Below, in pieces: positions 1-12,800 of a stretch of DNA of 64,000 bases. The position numbers and the translations under genes are program-made. Under the pieces are notes generated by a model, which saw nothing but the letters and a program-made list of their open reading frames with translations, did not search any database and had not been told where the DNA came from. This DNA comes from Chiloscyllium plagiosum. Lineage: Eukaryota. The stretch spans positions 21,612,331-21,676,330 of the forward strand of contig NC_057749.1 of the NCBI RefSeq assembly GCF_004010195.1. The letters are read 5' to 3'. Every line of letters begins with the position of its first letter. Position 1 is the first letter of the stretch.

Positions 1-365
1 CCAACAAAGAGACAGGCAAAGCTGGGGCCCATACGTGTGCCCATAGCTGCCCCTTTGGTCTGGAGGAAGTGGGAGGATTCGAAGGAGAAATTGTTAAGGG
101 TGAGGACCAGTTCAGCCAAACGAATGAGAGTGTCAGTGGAAGGGTACTGTTGGGGACATCGGGAGAGAAAGAAATAGAGGGCTTGGAGGCCCTGGTCATG
201 GCAGATGGAAGTGTAGAGGGATTGGATATCCATGGTGAAGATGAGGTGTTGGGGGCCGGGAAATGGAAGTCTTGGAGGAGGTGGAGGGCGTGGGTGCTGT
301 CTCGAACATATGTGGGGAGTTCCTGGACTAGGGGGGAATAGGACAGTGTCGAGGTAGGTAGAGAT
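1..365 (-). mobile_element. Penelope-like element reverse transcriptase fragment (continues off the window edge)
   Basis: The reverse strand translates openly as YLDTVLFPLVQELPTYVRDS..IFTMDIQSLYTSI..LTLNNFSFESSHFLQTKGAAMGTRMGPSFACLFV, i.e. PLE RT motifs (DxxSLYT; GxAMG..PS). It is homologous to 36500-36850. Confidence 0.9.
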
Positions 366-1377
366 GTTCAAATGGGCTGCTTTACCAATGGTGTCAAGCT
401 TCTTGAGTGTTGCTGGAGCTGCACACAGTGAGGCAAGAGGCTATAGTTTAATATGTTCTGCCTCCCTACCTTCTTAATAGAGGGGTTATGTTTGTTACTT
501 TCCTGTGTGATGGAACGTTTCCTGAATCAAGGAAATTTGGAAAATTAATCTCAGTGCAACTCAGTAGCCACCTCCTTTCAGATGAGTCAATCTGAATCTG
601 CCAATCCCAGTTCCATCAGATTGTTCAGTAGTGATTGTAATTTCACCGAGTTCCTTGCGTTTTCTTGTCCTGATTCATAACTATTATCGGATTGTGTTTG
701 TTATCTTCTACAGTGAAGATGGATGCAATATACTTTTTTCTTTGCATCTGTCCATTTCCTTGGAGCTCTCTTGTATATCTTCAGCCCTTGTTTGTGTTTG
801 TCCACATGGTATCCATATCTCAATTTCTGTCCCTTGGTACTGCTTCCAGGCAAAGATCATATCGGCCAGTGTTTCCTATTGTCTGAGAAACTTACAATCA
901 ATCCCTTTAGTGATTCAAACTCTTAAAAGGCCCTTTCAACATTCTTAAAAGCGATCTCAGATTTGCAAACATTTTAAAGAAATTCACAAGTTGTAGTTAC
1001 TCTGCGTCTAGGGCAAACGTTGTCACACTTGTATTTGGCACTTTTCATAACCTCATGATTCCCAAAGCCCTTTGCAGCCAAAGATGTCATCACCACAAAC
1101 ATAACAACAGACCTTAGACAGTCAGATACTGATGGACAGATTGCCTGTCTCAGAGCCACTTTGTCAAACAACCCTGATTGAATTGGAGGTCTCAGCGTCT
1201 CACTGCAGTGAAAGTTCTGCTCAGGCAAAATAAAGTGTTGCAGTCCCTCTGTTCAACAACAGAGGCCAGCATTGATCTATCTTAAGCTCTCCACAGCTCT
1301 CCTTACAGAAATGGGTCAAACTATACAGTACTGATCTCAGCGACAGTGGATCAATCAGACCTTGTCTGTAACAGAGG

Positions 1378-1648
1378 TTTTAGATTCAATCCCCTACAGT
1401 GTGGAAACAGGCCCTTCGGCCCAACCAGTCACCAACCCACCCAGACCCATTTCCCTCTGACTAATGCACCTAACACTATGGGGCAATTTAGCATGGCCAA
1501 TTCACCCTAATCTGCATTCTTTGGACTGTGGGAGGAAACCCACGCAGACACAGGGAGAGTGTGCAAGCTCCACACAGTCACCCGAGGCTGGAATCAAACC
1601 TGGTACCCTGATGCTATGAGGCAGCAGTGCTAGCCACTGAGCCACACC
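1378..1648 (-). mobile_element. HE1-like tRNA-derived V-SINE
   Basis: Reverse complement has the head gtggctcagtggctagcactgctgcctca (A box), a B-box-like ggtttgattcc, the core tgtgtggagcttgcacactctcc and the tail gggccgaagggcctgtttccacactgtaggg. Confidence 0.9.
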
Positions 1649-1649
1649 T

Positions 1650-1945
1650 TAAATACATCATCTGGGTCAACATGACACCAATTGTTAAAGTTCACTTGAA
1701 AATGTAACTTTTAAATGTTCTGTGATTTACATATGAAAGAACTGAAACCAACATGTTCATTCTGAAAGATGAGAGACTTAACAAACAATCCAGGTCTTTT
1801 TCAATACATAATTTCAGTTATATCACACTTTTGCTATAAATTCTGTGTCTTACAATTGTGTCCTCCACAACCACCTGATGACAGCTAGTGCTTCCAAATA
1901 AACCTGTTGGATTATAACTTGGCATTGTGTGATTTTTAACTTTGA
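1650..1945 (+). mobile_element. PLE family-2 3' terminal fragment with deleted hammerhead stem II
   Basis: Matches 23600-23890 and 30330-30627 (tataatttcagttacatcacac..taaattctgtgt..ataaacctgttggactataacctgg). The core reads ctgatga-c-agctagtg, lacking the stem II/GAA segment. Confidence 0.8.
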
Positions 1946-3149
1946 CCTTTGAAGGGATTCAGGCATGGAGTGAGGAAAATGATGGGCACTGCTGGATTTA
2001 GAAGGGAAAATATGTTTCAGGACTTTGGAAACAAAAATAATATAGTGATGTGAGACACCTGAAATAAACTGCAAAGTTTATATAAAATTTTTATTTCACT
2101 GCAGACATTTCTAACGAAATATCATAATGAAATATTCTACTTCTTATATCATATTGATTTAAATTTCAAGTTGACAGCAGTCTTCGCTTTCTGGATGCTA
2201 TGTGTTTGAGTCCCACTCCCGCTTAATGCAATGACCCTGCAGTGGGTGAGGTGCTGTATGTCAAATGAGACATCATTGAACTGAGTCGGCTGAATGTTTG
2301 AAAGTCCATCGCTTTCCCTGGAAGAGGGGACATTACCCCATGATTGTTTCTCCATCTGAAACCATGGCCATTCACCCCCGTCACTGCTTATGGGCTCTTG
2401 CTGTGCCCCGAAATGAGAGTCTGTCCCCATACTTGCAGCTGCTGAGAGGGAGCGGGGGGGGGGGGGGGGGGTGGAAGAAGGACATGTTCAGGGTATGTAA
2501 TGTACTGCAGCAGGGGAGAGACAGCTGCAGTATTAATTACAGAGAGGACTGTTTCAAAAGGAGATGCATGTGCCAGACTGAGAGATTATCTGTCAGAATT
2601 AGAAATTACAGCTGAGCAGATAGAAAAATGATATGCTTTTAAATGGATTTAAATGGATTCCCACCATCGTGAGAGGATTGAGTAAGACTGGCATTGCTAT
2701 GGCGCCTTTCAAAACCACCATGGAATACTTTGTAAAGTGCAGTCACGATTATAGTGCAGGGCTCTGCACAGTACGATCCCACAAAGAGCTGTGGGATAAT
2801 CACCAGGCCACCTGTGTCAGTGATGTCATTTGGACTATTCCGCCCCCCCCCCCCCTCCTTTATTTTTGCAAATGAACGGGAATACATTGTAGCCTTTGGC
2901 ATCACCTGGACCAGGTTTAGGAGTAGGTCACTTTGTCCAAGTCTCTTTACTTGCCCACAGGAGGCAGCATTGAGCTTTCTGCAGGGAATTGATTATAAAT
3001 TCAAATAATATAACAACACCACCCACGCAACACTGGTGATTCTGAGGATGTCTGGTCTTAAAATCAAGATCCTAACCATGATCAGATCTGTCCTTGTTTT
3101 GTTACAAGTCAGAAACATGCCACATAAAGTGTGTTGTGGAACATTTTAA

Positions 3150-3720
3150 AGTTCTTGGGACATGGGTGTTACTCAATCGGCCCGCAATTATTGCCCATCC
3201 CTAGTTGCCCCCTGAGAAAGTGGTGGTGAGCTGCCTTCTTGAACCACTATAGTTCCTGTGCTGCGGGCTGACCCCAGTTGCCCGTAGAGAGGGCATTCCA
3301 GGATTTTGACCCAGCGACAGTGAAGGAACGGCAATGTATTTCCATGTCAGGATGGTGAGTGGCTTGGAGGGGAGCTTGCAGGAGGTGGTGTTCTCAAGTA
3401 ATTACTGGCCTTGCCCTTTGAGATGGAAGTGGTCATGGGTTTAGAAGGTGCTGCCTGAGCATCTTTGGTGAATTTCTGCAGTGCATCTTGATAACGATAC
3501 ACATTGCAGCTACCGAGTATTAGTAGTTGAGGAAGTGGACGTTTGTGGTGTCAATCAAGTGGGCTGCTTTTCAAGCTCCTTGAGTATTGTTGCTCATCCA
3601 GACAAGTGGGGAGTATTCCATCCCAGTCCTGGTGTGTACCTTGTCGAGGGTGGACAAGCTCTGAGGAATCAGGAGGTGGGTTACTCAGCGGAGAGTTCAC
3701 AGCCTCGGGCCTTCTTTTCA
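3150..3720 (-). mobile_element. Old LINE 3' region (CR1/L2 group)
   Basis: ttgcccatccctagttgccc..gtggtggtgagctgccttcttgaacc..; the terminus is similar to the tails at 9745-9805, 12350-12400 and 48150-48225. Family assignment is by pattern only. Confidence 0.55.
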
Positions 3721-3849
3721 AGGAATCACAGAATTGTTACAGCACAAAAGGAGGCCATTTGGCCGACTGTATCAGCTCTTCCAGTCAGCACCATGAGTGC
3801 AAATCATCTCCTGCCTTTTCCCCACATGCCCACATTTCATATGGAATCC

Positions 3850-4490
3850 CGACAGTGTGGAACTAGGCCATTCAGCCCATCAATGGGGGTGGCATGGTGG
3901 TTCAGTGGTTAGCACTTCTGCCTCACAGCGCCAGGGACCCAGGTTCGATTCCTGTCTCGGGGGACTGTCTGTGTGGAGTTTGCACACTCTCCCCGTGTCT
4001 GCGTGGGTTTCCTCCCATAATCCAAAGATGAGCAGGTTAGGGTGAATTGGCCGCGCTAAATTGCTCATAGGGATAGGTGCATTAGTCAGAGGGAAATGGG
4101 TCTGGATGTGTTCCTCTGCAGAGGGTCGGTGTGGACTTGTTGGGCCGAAAGGCCTGTTTCCATACTATAGGGAATCTAATCTAATCTAATCTTTAAACAA
4201 AAAGTCCACACTGACCCTCCGAACAGCATCCCAGCCAGGCCCACCCCATCCCTGTAACCCTGCACAACCCGCTTAGCCAGCACATCCTTGAACGCTGTGG
4301 GCAATTTCCCATGGCTAATCCAGCTAACCTACACATTTTTGGACTGTGGGAGAAATCTGGAGCACCCAGAGGAAACCCATGCAGACACGGGGAGGGCATG
4401 CAGAATCCACACAGACAGTCATCTGAGGGTGGAATCAAACCTGGGTCCCTGGTGCTGTGAGGCAGCAGTTTTAACCACTGTGCACCCCCA
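3850..4490 (-). mobile_element. HE1-like SINE whose 3' tail is interrupted by the + strand HE1 copy
   Basis: The body at 4200-4490 is reverse-complement HE1. Its 3' tail resumes at 3850-3883 (gacagtgtggaactaggccattcagcccatcaa). Confidence 0.75.
3885..4192 (+). mobile_element. HE1-like SINE, full length, (AATCT)n tail
   Basis: ggtggcatggtggttcagtggttagcac..ggttcgattcc..gggccgaaaggcctgtttccat..aatctaatctaatctaatct. Confidence 0.92.
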
Positions 4491-4554
4491 CCTCCCATAA
4501 TGATACATTATTAATAATACCTAGTAATGCTAAATGATAATGTGAAGTCACAAT

Positions 4555-4760
4555 AAGTTTGGTAGCACCTTTGCCTCTGGCTGAGTGAACTGTAGATAAT
4601 GAACGCACAATCCAGGCATGAAACTCCAACACTGCATTGAGATGGCACCGCACTGCTGGGGGTGCCGTCTTTCAGGCAGCACACGAAACTGACTGCTGAA
4701 TGTTAAACTCTAGGCTGCAGCAGGACGCTTTCAGGCACCATTGCAATGTAATCTTCCCCC
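4555..4760 (+). mobile_element. Ancient Deu-domain-like SINE remnant
   Basis: gcactgctgggggtgccgtctttca resembles the DeuSINE/AmnSINE core (GGAGGTGCCGTCTTTC). Related decayed pieces lie near 2175-2300 and 42105-42290. Confidence 0.5.
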
Positions 4761-5487
4761 AGACCAGAACCCAAGGCACTCTCACACCAACAGCCTGAAG
4801 GGTTTGAGCTAATCTCAGAAGTTGGAGGGTTGAAGCCAGCTCTCAGACACGGTTGCATTCTAGTGTGCATTTAATAATCTGTGCTGATCCATGTCAAAGC
4901 ACCTCCCCATCATTACAATTGTAAATCTAAGGCCAGTACAAGAAAGATGGGCTGAACATCCCTCAGTTGTGCTGCCCTTATTTGTTGGGTGGGGAATTGC
5001 TACATTTATCTTAAGTATATTTTTGCCACATTAAAGGTGTGATAAATTGATGTTGTTGTTAAGTACTGACATTCCATGCCCTGCCTTGCTGTGCTGGTGT
5101 TTTCTAATCTACCTGTTCAGAAACGTTAATACACATCTCTGGAGCAGGTGGGACCTGAAGCCGGGTGTCCTTGGAGCAGAGATTGGGACGCTGCCACTGC
5201 ACTACAAGAACCCCCTGCCTTTCTGTCCGTGTCTAGAGAGATCAGTGTGGGGTTCGATGTTTGACTAAGAGACGCAAGCTCACTGTGTTCGAGTGGTTAA
5301 GGCTCAGCATAGACTCCGCGCAAACTGAGAAGGTACTGCAGAAACCACAAGTTATTAAAATGAGTGCCGATGTTCTGTGATGTGTTTTAAAACTCTGCAG
5401 GTGAAAGCTCTTCCTCAACTCGAAATCGCGGTCTTTCTGCAGAGGTGCAGGACGATTCTTTGCAAATCTTACTCTCACATATACTCA

Positions 5488-6980
5488 GTAAGGCATTCAA
5501 CAAGGTTACCCATGGGATACTAATTAGCAAGGTTAGATATCACATGGAATGCAGGGAGAACTAGCCATTTGGATACAAAACTGGCTCAAAGGTAGAAGAC
5601 AGAGGGTGGTGGTGGAGGGTTGTTTTTCAGACTGGAGGCCTGTGACCAGTGATGTGCTACAAGGTCGGTGCTGGGCCCACTGCTTTTTATATAAATGATT
5701 TGGATGTGAACATAGGAGGTATAGTTAGTAAATTTGCAGATGACACCAAAATTGGAGGTGTAGTGATAGTGAAGAAAGTTAGCTCAGAGTTTGACCAGAT
5801 GGGCCAATGGACTGAGGAGTGGCAGATGGAGTTTAATTCAGATAAATGTGAGGTGCTGCATTTTGGAAAGGCAAATCAGGCAGGACTGAGACACTTAATG
5901 GTAAGGTCCTTGAGAGTGTTGCTGAGCAAGGAGACCTTGGAGTGCAGGTTCATAGTTTTTCGAAAGTGGAGTCCCAGGCAGACAGGATAATGAAGAAGGT
6001 GTTTGATATGCTTTCCGTTATTGGTCAGAGCATTGAGTATAGGAGTTGGGAGGTCATGATGTGGCTGTACAGGACATTGGTTAAGCCACTTTTGAAATAT
6101 TGCAGGCAGTTCTGGTCTCCCTGTTTTAGGAAGGAGTTTGTGAAACTTGAAAGGGATCAGAAAAAACTTACAAAGATGTTGCTAGGGTTGGACGGTTTGA
6201 GCTAGAGGGAGATGCTGTGTAGGTGGGGCTGTTTTTACTGTAGTGTCAGAGGCTGGAGGGGTGACCTTATAGGGGTGTATAAAATCATGAGGGGCATGGA
6301 TAGGGTGAATAGTCAAGGTCTTTTTTCTAGGATGGGCTAGTCCAAAACTAGAGGATATAGTTTAAAGATGAGAGTGGAAAGATTTAAAAGGCATCTAAGG
6401 GGTAACATTTTCATGCAGAGGGTGGTGTGTGTATGGAATGCACAGCATCTGCAGACCTCACTTTCTCCTCGAAGATTTCAACCTACTGCGAATCCTCTTA
6501 CAAGGATGCCTTCCTTGAAGAAGCTCTCTGCCTGGTGGAGGCTGGTACAATTACAACATTTAAAAGGCATCTGGATGGGTATATGAACAGGGAGGGTTTA
6601 GAGGGATATGGGCCAGATGCTGGCAAATGGGACGAGGTCGACATAAACGAGTTGGACCAAAGGGTCTGTCCCATGCTATTCTCAGCTATTAGAAGGGGGC
6701 ATAGCTTTAAATTAAGGGGGGGTAGGTATAGGACAGATGTTAGGGGTAGGTTCTTTACTCAGCGAGTCGTGAGTTCATGGAATGCCCTGCCAGTAGCAGT
6801 GGTGGACTCTCCCTCATTATGGGCATTTAAGCGGGCATTGGATAGGCATATGGAGGATAGTGGGCTAGTGTAGGTTAGGTGGGCTTGGATCGGCGCAACA
6901 TCGAGGGCCGAAGGGCCTGTACTGCGCTGTATTCTTCTATGTTCTATGTTCTATACTGTACAGCTCTCTGACTCTGTATC
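5488..6980 (+). mobile_element. CR1 LINE 3' part (RT C-terminus and 3' UTR), with a second CR1 3' end inserted at ~6678-6953
   Basis: Frameshifted FYINDLD..VSKFADDTKIGGV, WQMEFNSDKCEVLHFG, LYRTLVKPLLKYC.QFWSP. The inserted copy ends in (ttctatg)n. Confidence 0.92.
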
Positions 6981-8061
6981 TTACAATCAATCACTTTGTA
7001 TGGTATGATCTGCCTGTACTACACGCAAAACACATTTCATTGAACTGAGTTACGTGTGACATTTATAAATAGATAAAATGGGTTAAATATAAATCAAGCA
7101 GCACAGCAGTTTGGAACAAAGGAACCCAAGGATTGGTAGCCAAAGCAGTTGAATAGACTGAGGCCAATCCAGGAATAGGCAACATACAAATATGTTACAA
7201 AGTTGTGAGGCTGTCATCTGTCCCACCTAACAGCATGGGACAGACCCTTTGGTCTAACTCGTTTATGTCGACCCGAGCTGTCTCAGACTGAAAGCTCATT
7301 GAAGCTGGACAGGCTGAGTGAGAGAGTTTGTTTGCAAAGTTTAATAAGAAAAGTCTACACTTGACCGTAACTGCTGCTTTTTCCTGATATTTTGTGTCAA
7401 CAAAATCTGTCACAGGTTCAGGGGAAACAAAAAAAACCCCCAAGAACAAGGAAAGAGTGTGGTAAAAGAGGGCGTAGGGGAAGAATTCACTAAGGTGCAT
7501 TCTGTTTCCTCTGTGTGTGAAAATGCACGCTTGGTCAAAAGGTAGGTTTACCACTCAGTGACTTCATATGTCATGGATAACCAATGCTGTTCCAGGAAAA
7601 TAAAGTAACAAGAACAAGCAGTAATTTTTAACAATTAACTTCTTTTAAAATATTAAACATGGGCATTTCTCTGGTTACCTGTCACTAAAGTTTCCATTGA
7701 GAAAGCAGCGGTGAGCTCCCTTTTTGAACCACTGCCGACTGCCATTTAAACCCATGACCTAATCTGACACCTCATTGCCAGTCGTTATATAACAGCTTCG
7801 TTTTCTCCACTGCACCATGTAAAAGAATCAGTCTTACGCTCAGACGCCCCCTAACAGTACCGGTTCCATGGGGATATAAATGTTTTCTGTTCCGTTCTGC
7901 ATAAAGCACAAGTAGTTGATAAATTACACATGAATAAAGAGCAAAGGCAGCCACTGACTGTGCAACAACTGAGATCAATCAATGGAATTCCCCAACTGCT
8001 GGCAATGTGGGTCCTGTCTGAAGTGGTTTTATGAGAACCCATGCTTATAGTTGCTATAGTA

Positions 8062-8770
8062 ATAAAAGCACGGTACCGTGGATGCTGGAGATCTGAAGCA
8101 AAAACAAGAAGTGCTGGACAGACTCAGTAGGTGTGGAGAGATAAGACAGAGGTAACGTTTTGAGTTAGATCTGAGTTTTCTTCAGAACGGAAGGAGTTGG
8201 AGGCCGGTGCTGGGAAAGTGTGCGTATTTATGTTGCTCACAAAGAGGGAGAAGGAGCAGGTGGGACAGATGGGGAGGGTGCACAGAGTAAAAGCAAAGGG
8301 AGTGCTGATGTTAGTAGAGGAACGCTATAGATGAAAGATAGGTGTTAATGGTAGGCATTAATAGCAGTAAGTAGCAGGGTGCTGTTGAGAGTGAACCCAT
8401 GCAAACAAGACACTGAGAGGGAATGGGTGGAGGAAGGGGAATAGAGGGCATTTAAAATTGAGAATAACGTTCCTGGTCTGAAGTTGTTGAACTCAAAGTT
8501 GCATCCTGAAGGCCATAAATCACCCTGAGTGGGAAATGAGGTGCTGTCCCTTCATTTTGCATTCGGTGGAGAAGGACAGGAATATTTGCACGACAGCATT
8601 GCAACGGCAAGCACTGGAAGGTCAGGGTCGTTCTGAACCGAGCGGACCAGTGGTCATTCAGGTTGTGTTTGGCCTCACCAATATGGAGGAGGCTGCATTC
8701 TGAGCAGTGAATCCAGCAAGCTGGGTGAAAGAGACTAAAGTAAAGGCTGCTTGGTTTGGAAGGATTTGAT
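8062..8770 (-). mobile_element. Old PLE 3' region (GIY-YIG remnant plus family-3 terminus)
   Basis: The minus strand near 8650-8720 reads CWIHCSECSLLHIGEAKHNLNDH (the C..C.LLYIGET pattern of PLE GIY-YIG). The terminus has a decayed ctgaagaa..caaaacgttacc core at ~8150-8188. Confidence 0.65.
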
Positions 8771-9924
8771 GTTTTGTGGTTATAATTCCCATCCTGTGGA
8801 ATTTCAGCAGTTATTGTGTTTCTCCCTGAGGAGGATCAGAGTATCAGCTCTCCCCAGTCTTGGAGTGTGGAGGTCATACGGACAAGTTGCATTCCAATGA
8901 CATCGGCCACGATCCTGGGAGACATGACAGCACTGAGGCAGAGCTGCACTGTCACACACAGTGGGCTGGAGCTTTCCAGAGGTTGGCTCAGTCCTGTTTG
9001 TATCCACGGAGGGTTTAACTCCATGAGACCAATGTGACCGTCCTGAACTATCTTCCTTCTTCATGTGCCACACCCCTACTGCGCCCCTCCCCCCTTGTCA
9101 GGCATTAGTCTGATTCTTCCACTCACCCGCACCAGACATTCTCACCACTTCCTGGGATCCCTGGTGGTACTGCCATCTTTAACAGGCTGGTCAAATACTA
9201 GCACCTGGAGCTGCCTTGCACGGTAGGAGGCACTCGCTCTGAACATGGTAGATAGAGGGGAAATTGATGCGTATGTCCCCTCCTTGCCCCATTGTGGAGA
9301 GGGACCTGGTGAATGGGGTTCCGCGGGTGGGGGGGATATCCTCATTCTCTCGGGGTCGCCAGAGGAGGCCATGACTCCTGACCCTGCCATGGTCAGAGCG
9401 GTGTCGAGACATGGTCAATGACTTGCTCTACTCTGCCATTATAATTTGCCACCAGTTGCCCTTTCCTACTTTACACTATGTGTAACTGCGCACACCTCCC
9501 ACCAAGGCTCACCCTCTCACTGTCGCCCCCCCACCCCGATTGGCGTTCATTTCCTCGCATCCCGCCTCGCCAGAGAAATTCCTTACTGCTGGATTGAAAC
9601 TTGAAATTAATTAGGAAAAGGCAAAAATATCTTGAAGTAGGATATGAATTTGAGGGTTATGAGTGATGAGTAGGGTGTGGCAATTCATCCTGAGTATCAT
9701 TGCAGTAAATAGACAGCAGCAGTTCATGAAAGGCAACTGTCCACCAACTTCTCAAGGACACTTAGGGATGGGCAATTATTGCCAGCGATGCCCATATCCC
9801 ATGAAACAAAGGAAAGGTCTGTCAGGGAGAGGTAGGGAGGTTAGGCAACTCTTACCCCTGATGCTGGGATTGTGGCCCACGTGCTGATGAACTAGATTTA
9901 AAATGGCGTTACTTATACAGTTGG

Positions 9925-10385
9925 AGAGTCATAGAGATGTACAGCACAGAAACAGACCCTGTGGTCCAATTCGCCCATGCCAAACAGATATCCTAACCTA
10001 ATCTAGTCTCTTTTGCCAGCACTAGGCTTCCTATTCATATACCTATCCAGATGCCTTTTAACTGCTGTAACTCTACCAGCCTCCACCACTTCCTCTGGCA
10101 GCTCATTCCATACACGCACCACCCTCTTGCATGAAAAAGTTACCCCTTAGGTCCCTTTTAAATCTTTGCGCTTTCACCTTAAACCTATGCCCTCTAGGTT
10201 TCGACTCCGCTATCCTGGGGAAAGACCTTAGGTAAAAAGGTAAAAATTCACCCTATCCATGCCCGTCATGATTTTATAAACCTTTATAAGGTCACCCCTT
10301 AGCCTCCGATATTCTAGAGAACACAGCCCCAGCCTAATCAGCCTCTCCCTCTCGCTCAAACCCTCCAACCCGGGCAACATCCTTG
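9925..10385 (-). mobile_element. CR1 LINE 3' fragment
   Basis: Reverse complement of the CR1 3' end (gagtcatagagatgtacagcacagaaacagaccct..cattccatacacgcaccaccctc). Confidence 0.85.
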
Positions 10386-11034
10386 GGATTGAAAAATTCA
10401 ACAAGAGCCTGAGGGTAGATTTACCTCATTCTTTCCTTGGGCATTTCAATATGCATCCTATAAAAATAATGATATATAATTGATAGGCCGGGTAAGATCA
10501 ATGAACATATCTCAAGCCATACTAGCTGGAGGATTATGACAGGACACTTTCTCCCTTTCTAACATCCCCACTGCCTACACTTAGCCATTCAATAGAACAC
10601 CAAAATAACCCATCCCTTAATATTACACAGCTGCTTTCCCCATACGTTCCTCCCTCCCGCCCTCAAGAGCTGAATGCAGTCCTGCATGGGCACATTGACA
10701 TCATTTTCCAGTCACTGAACTGGAAGGATGCAGGCATGTCCTCTGTTCCACATCTGTTCCAGTTTTGTACGATATCCTCTGACGTAATGTTCCAAGATTA
10801 GTTCTGACTGTGAACGTGTGCTATATGTAACTCCATATCCATGAGGGTTAAAATAATTACCAAGCGTACCATTTTTTAGATAGATTGATAGAGAAGGAAA
10901 TGGTTGTTCAAGTGATAACATCTTTGTAAATTCCTGAAGAGAAAGTTGGCACATGCCTGTAACTGAAGAATTATAAGTTACCTACAAATTAGGAGCAGTG
11001 GATGATTCAGGTTCTCAAGCCTGCATTGCCATTC

Positions 11035-11150
11035 AGGTGCTGAAGGAGGGTTGCACCTGAAACATCGATTTCCCCACCTCCTGATGCTGCCTGGCTTGCT
11101 GTGTTCTTCCTGCCTCCTGCCTGTCTACTTTGGATTCTAGCATCTGCAGG
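11035..11150 (+). mobile_element. Short PLE terminus with degenerate hammerhead
   Basis: ctgaaggagggttgcacctgaaacatcgatt..ctgatgctgcctggcttgctgtg..agcatctgcag. Confidence 0.65.
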
Positions 11151-11217
11151 GTTTTTTTTTGTCTCCATTCAATAAGATCATAGCAGATCTAATTTAACCT
11201 CCAAGCTACATTCCCCA

Positions 11218-11513
11218 ATGGTGGCACAGTGGTTAGCACTGCTGCCTCACAGCGCCAGAGACCTGGGTTCAATTCCCGCCTCAGGCGACTGACTGTGTGG
11301 AGTTTACACGTTTTCCCCCGGGTCTGTGTGGGTTTCCTCCGGGTGCTCCGGTTTCCTCCCACAGTCCAAAGATGTGCAGGTCAGGTGAATTGGCCATGCT
11401 TAATTGCCCGTAGTGTTAGGTACGTTAGTCAGAGGGAAATGGGTCTGGGTGGGTTACTCTTCAGAGGGTACGTGTGGGCTGAAGGGCCTGTTTCCACACT
11501 GTAGAGAATCTAA
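11218..11513 (+). mobile_element. HE1-like SINE
   Basis: Head ggtggcacagtggttagcactgctgcctcacagcgcc; tail gaagggcctgtttccacactgtagagaatctaa. Confidence 0.92.
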
Positions 11514-12000
11514 CCTACTCACCTCCATGCAACTCCCAACTCACGCCAGTGTGGTTAAAATGGCCAATTCAAGCAGCAATTAATGTGACACCCATATCCA
11601 TGAATATAATGAACAAATATTTATTTATTTTCAGGAATGGCATGATCACTTCAGGATCTTCAGACAGCTTTCTCTCGATTATAGGAGAAACAGTCTGAGA
11701 GAGAGTAAGCCCAAACAAGTTCTTGCAGACTGAGAAAACTGATTTGTCCTCAATTCAGTTCTAGCTGGTCTTTTATTAATATTATCCAGATGTAATCAGG
11801 TGTGGTGAATTTCTTTAAAATGTGTTGTTCCACCACAGCAGTTCCACATCAAAATCACACCCACCATTGGCCTCCAGAGCCAATTATGCTCCAATTTCCT
11901 TGGCCTGATAATTTATATTCCCATCAGTACAGGCGTTGGTGTGAAAACTGTATAAGTCACTGGATTTCCTGAAGCTCGCTGAGATACAATTACATCAGTA

Positions 12001-12312
12001 GGAGGCATGATGACTCAGTGGTTAGCACCTCAGGAACACAGGTTCAAATCCAGCCTCGGGTGACTGTCTGTGTGGAGTATGCAAATTCTCCCCGTGTCTG
12101 CGTGGGTTTCCTCCGGGTGCTCTGGTTTCCTCCCGCAGTCCAACGATGTGCAGGTTAGTTAGATTGACCATGCTAAACTGCCCATGATGTGCAGGCTAGG
12201 TAGGTTAGCCAGGGGAAATGCAGGTTTACAGGGATGGGGTGGGCCTGGTTGGGCTGCTGTTCAGAGAGTCAGTGTTCACTCGCTGGGCTGTACAGATTCT
12301 ATGATTCTATGA
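12001..12312 (+). mobile_element. HE1-like SINE, (ATTCTATG)n tail variant
   Basis: ggaggcatgatgactcagtggttagcac..tgtctgtgtggagtatgcaaattctcc..attctatgattctatgat. Confidence 0.85.
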
Positions 12313-12339
12313 TAATTTTGGGCTGTGGAAGAATTTTTT

Positions 12340-12800
12340 TTAGAAGTTGTTCATGGGATCTGGGTGTCACTGGCTGGGCCAGCATTTTTTGCCCATCCCA
12401 GAGGATAGTTAAGAGTCAACCGCATTGCTGTGGGTCTGGAGTCACATGTAGGCCAGACCAGGTCAGGATGGCAGTTCCCCTCCCTAAAGGACACTACTGA
12501 ACCACCTGAGATTTTCCTGATAATCAGCAATAGATTCATAGTCATCATTATAGTCTTAATCCCAGATTTGTATTGAATTCATTTCCACCGTCTACAATGG
12601 CGGGATTTAAACCCAGGCCTCCAGAACATTAACTCTGATGAACAGTCAGTCGACACGAAACATTCACTCTGATTTCTCTCCACAGATGCTGCCAGACCTG
12701 CTGACATTTTCCAGCAATTTCTGTTTTTTTGCCCCCAGAACACTATCTGAGTCTCTGGGTTAACAGTCCAGTGATAATATCACTACGCCATCGCCTTCCC
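12340..12800 (-). mobile_element. Second tRNA-headed SINE family, with a short PLE terminus inserted at ~12635-12733
   Basis: Homologous to 48145-48275 plus 48745-49090; B-box-like gggtttaaatccc on the minus strand. The insert has ctgatga..gaaacatt, and ccagaaca is repeated on both flanks. Confidence 0.65.

Noticed and set aside
10712..10954. 80-aa minus-strand ORF with a good acceptor at ~10935 (also 7195-7554 and 49932-50207)
   Set aside because: No recognisable homology and no convincing donor or phase link; insufficient support.
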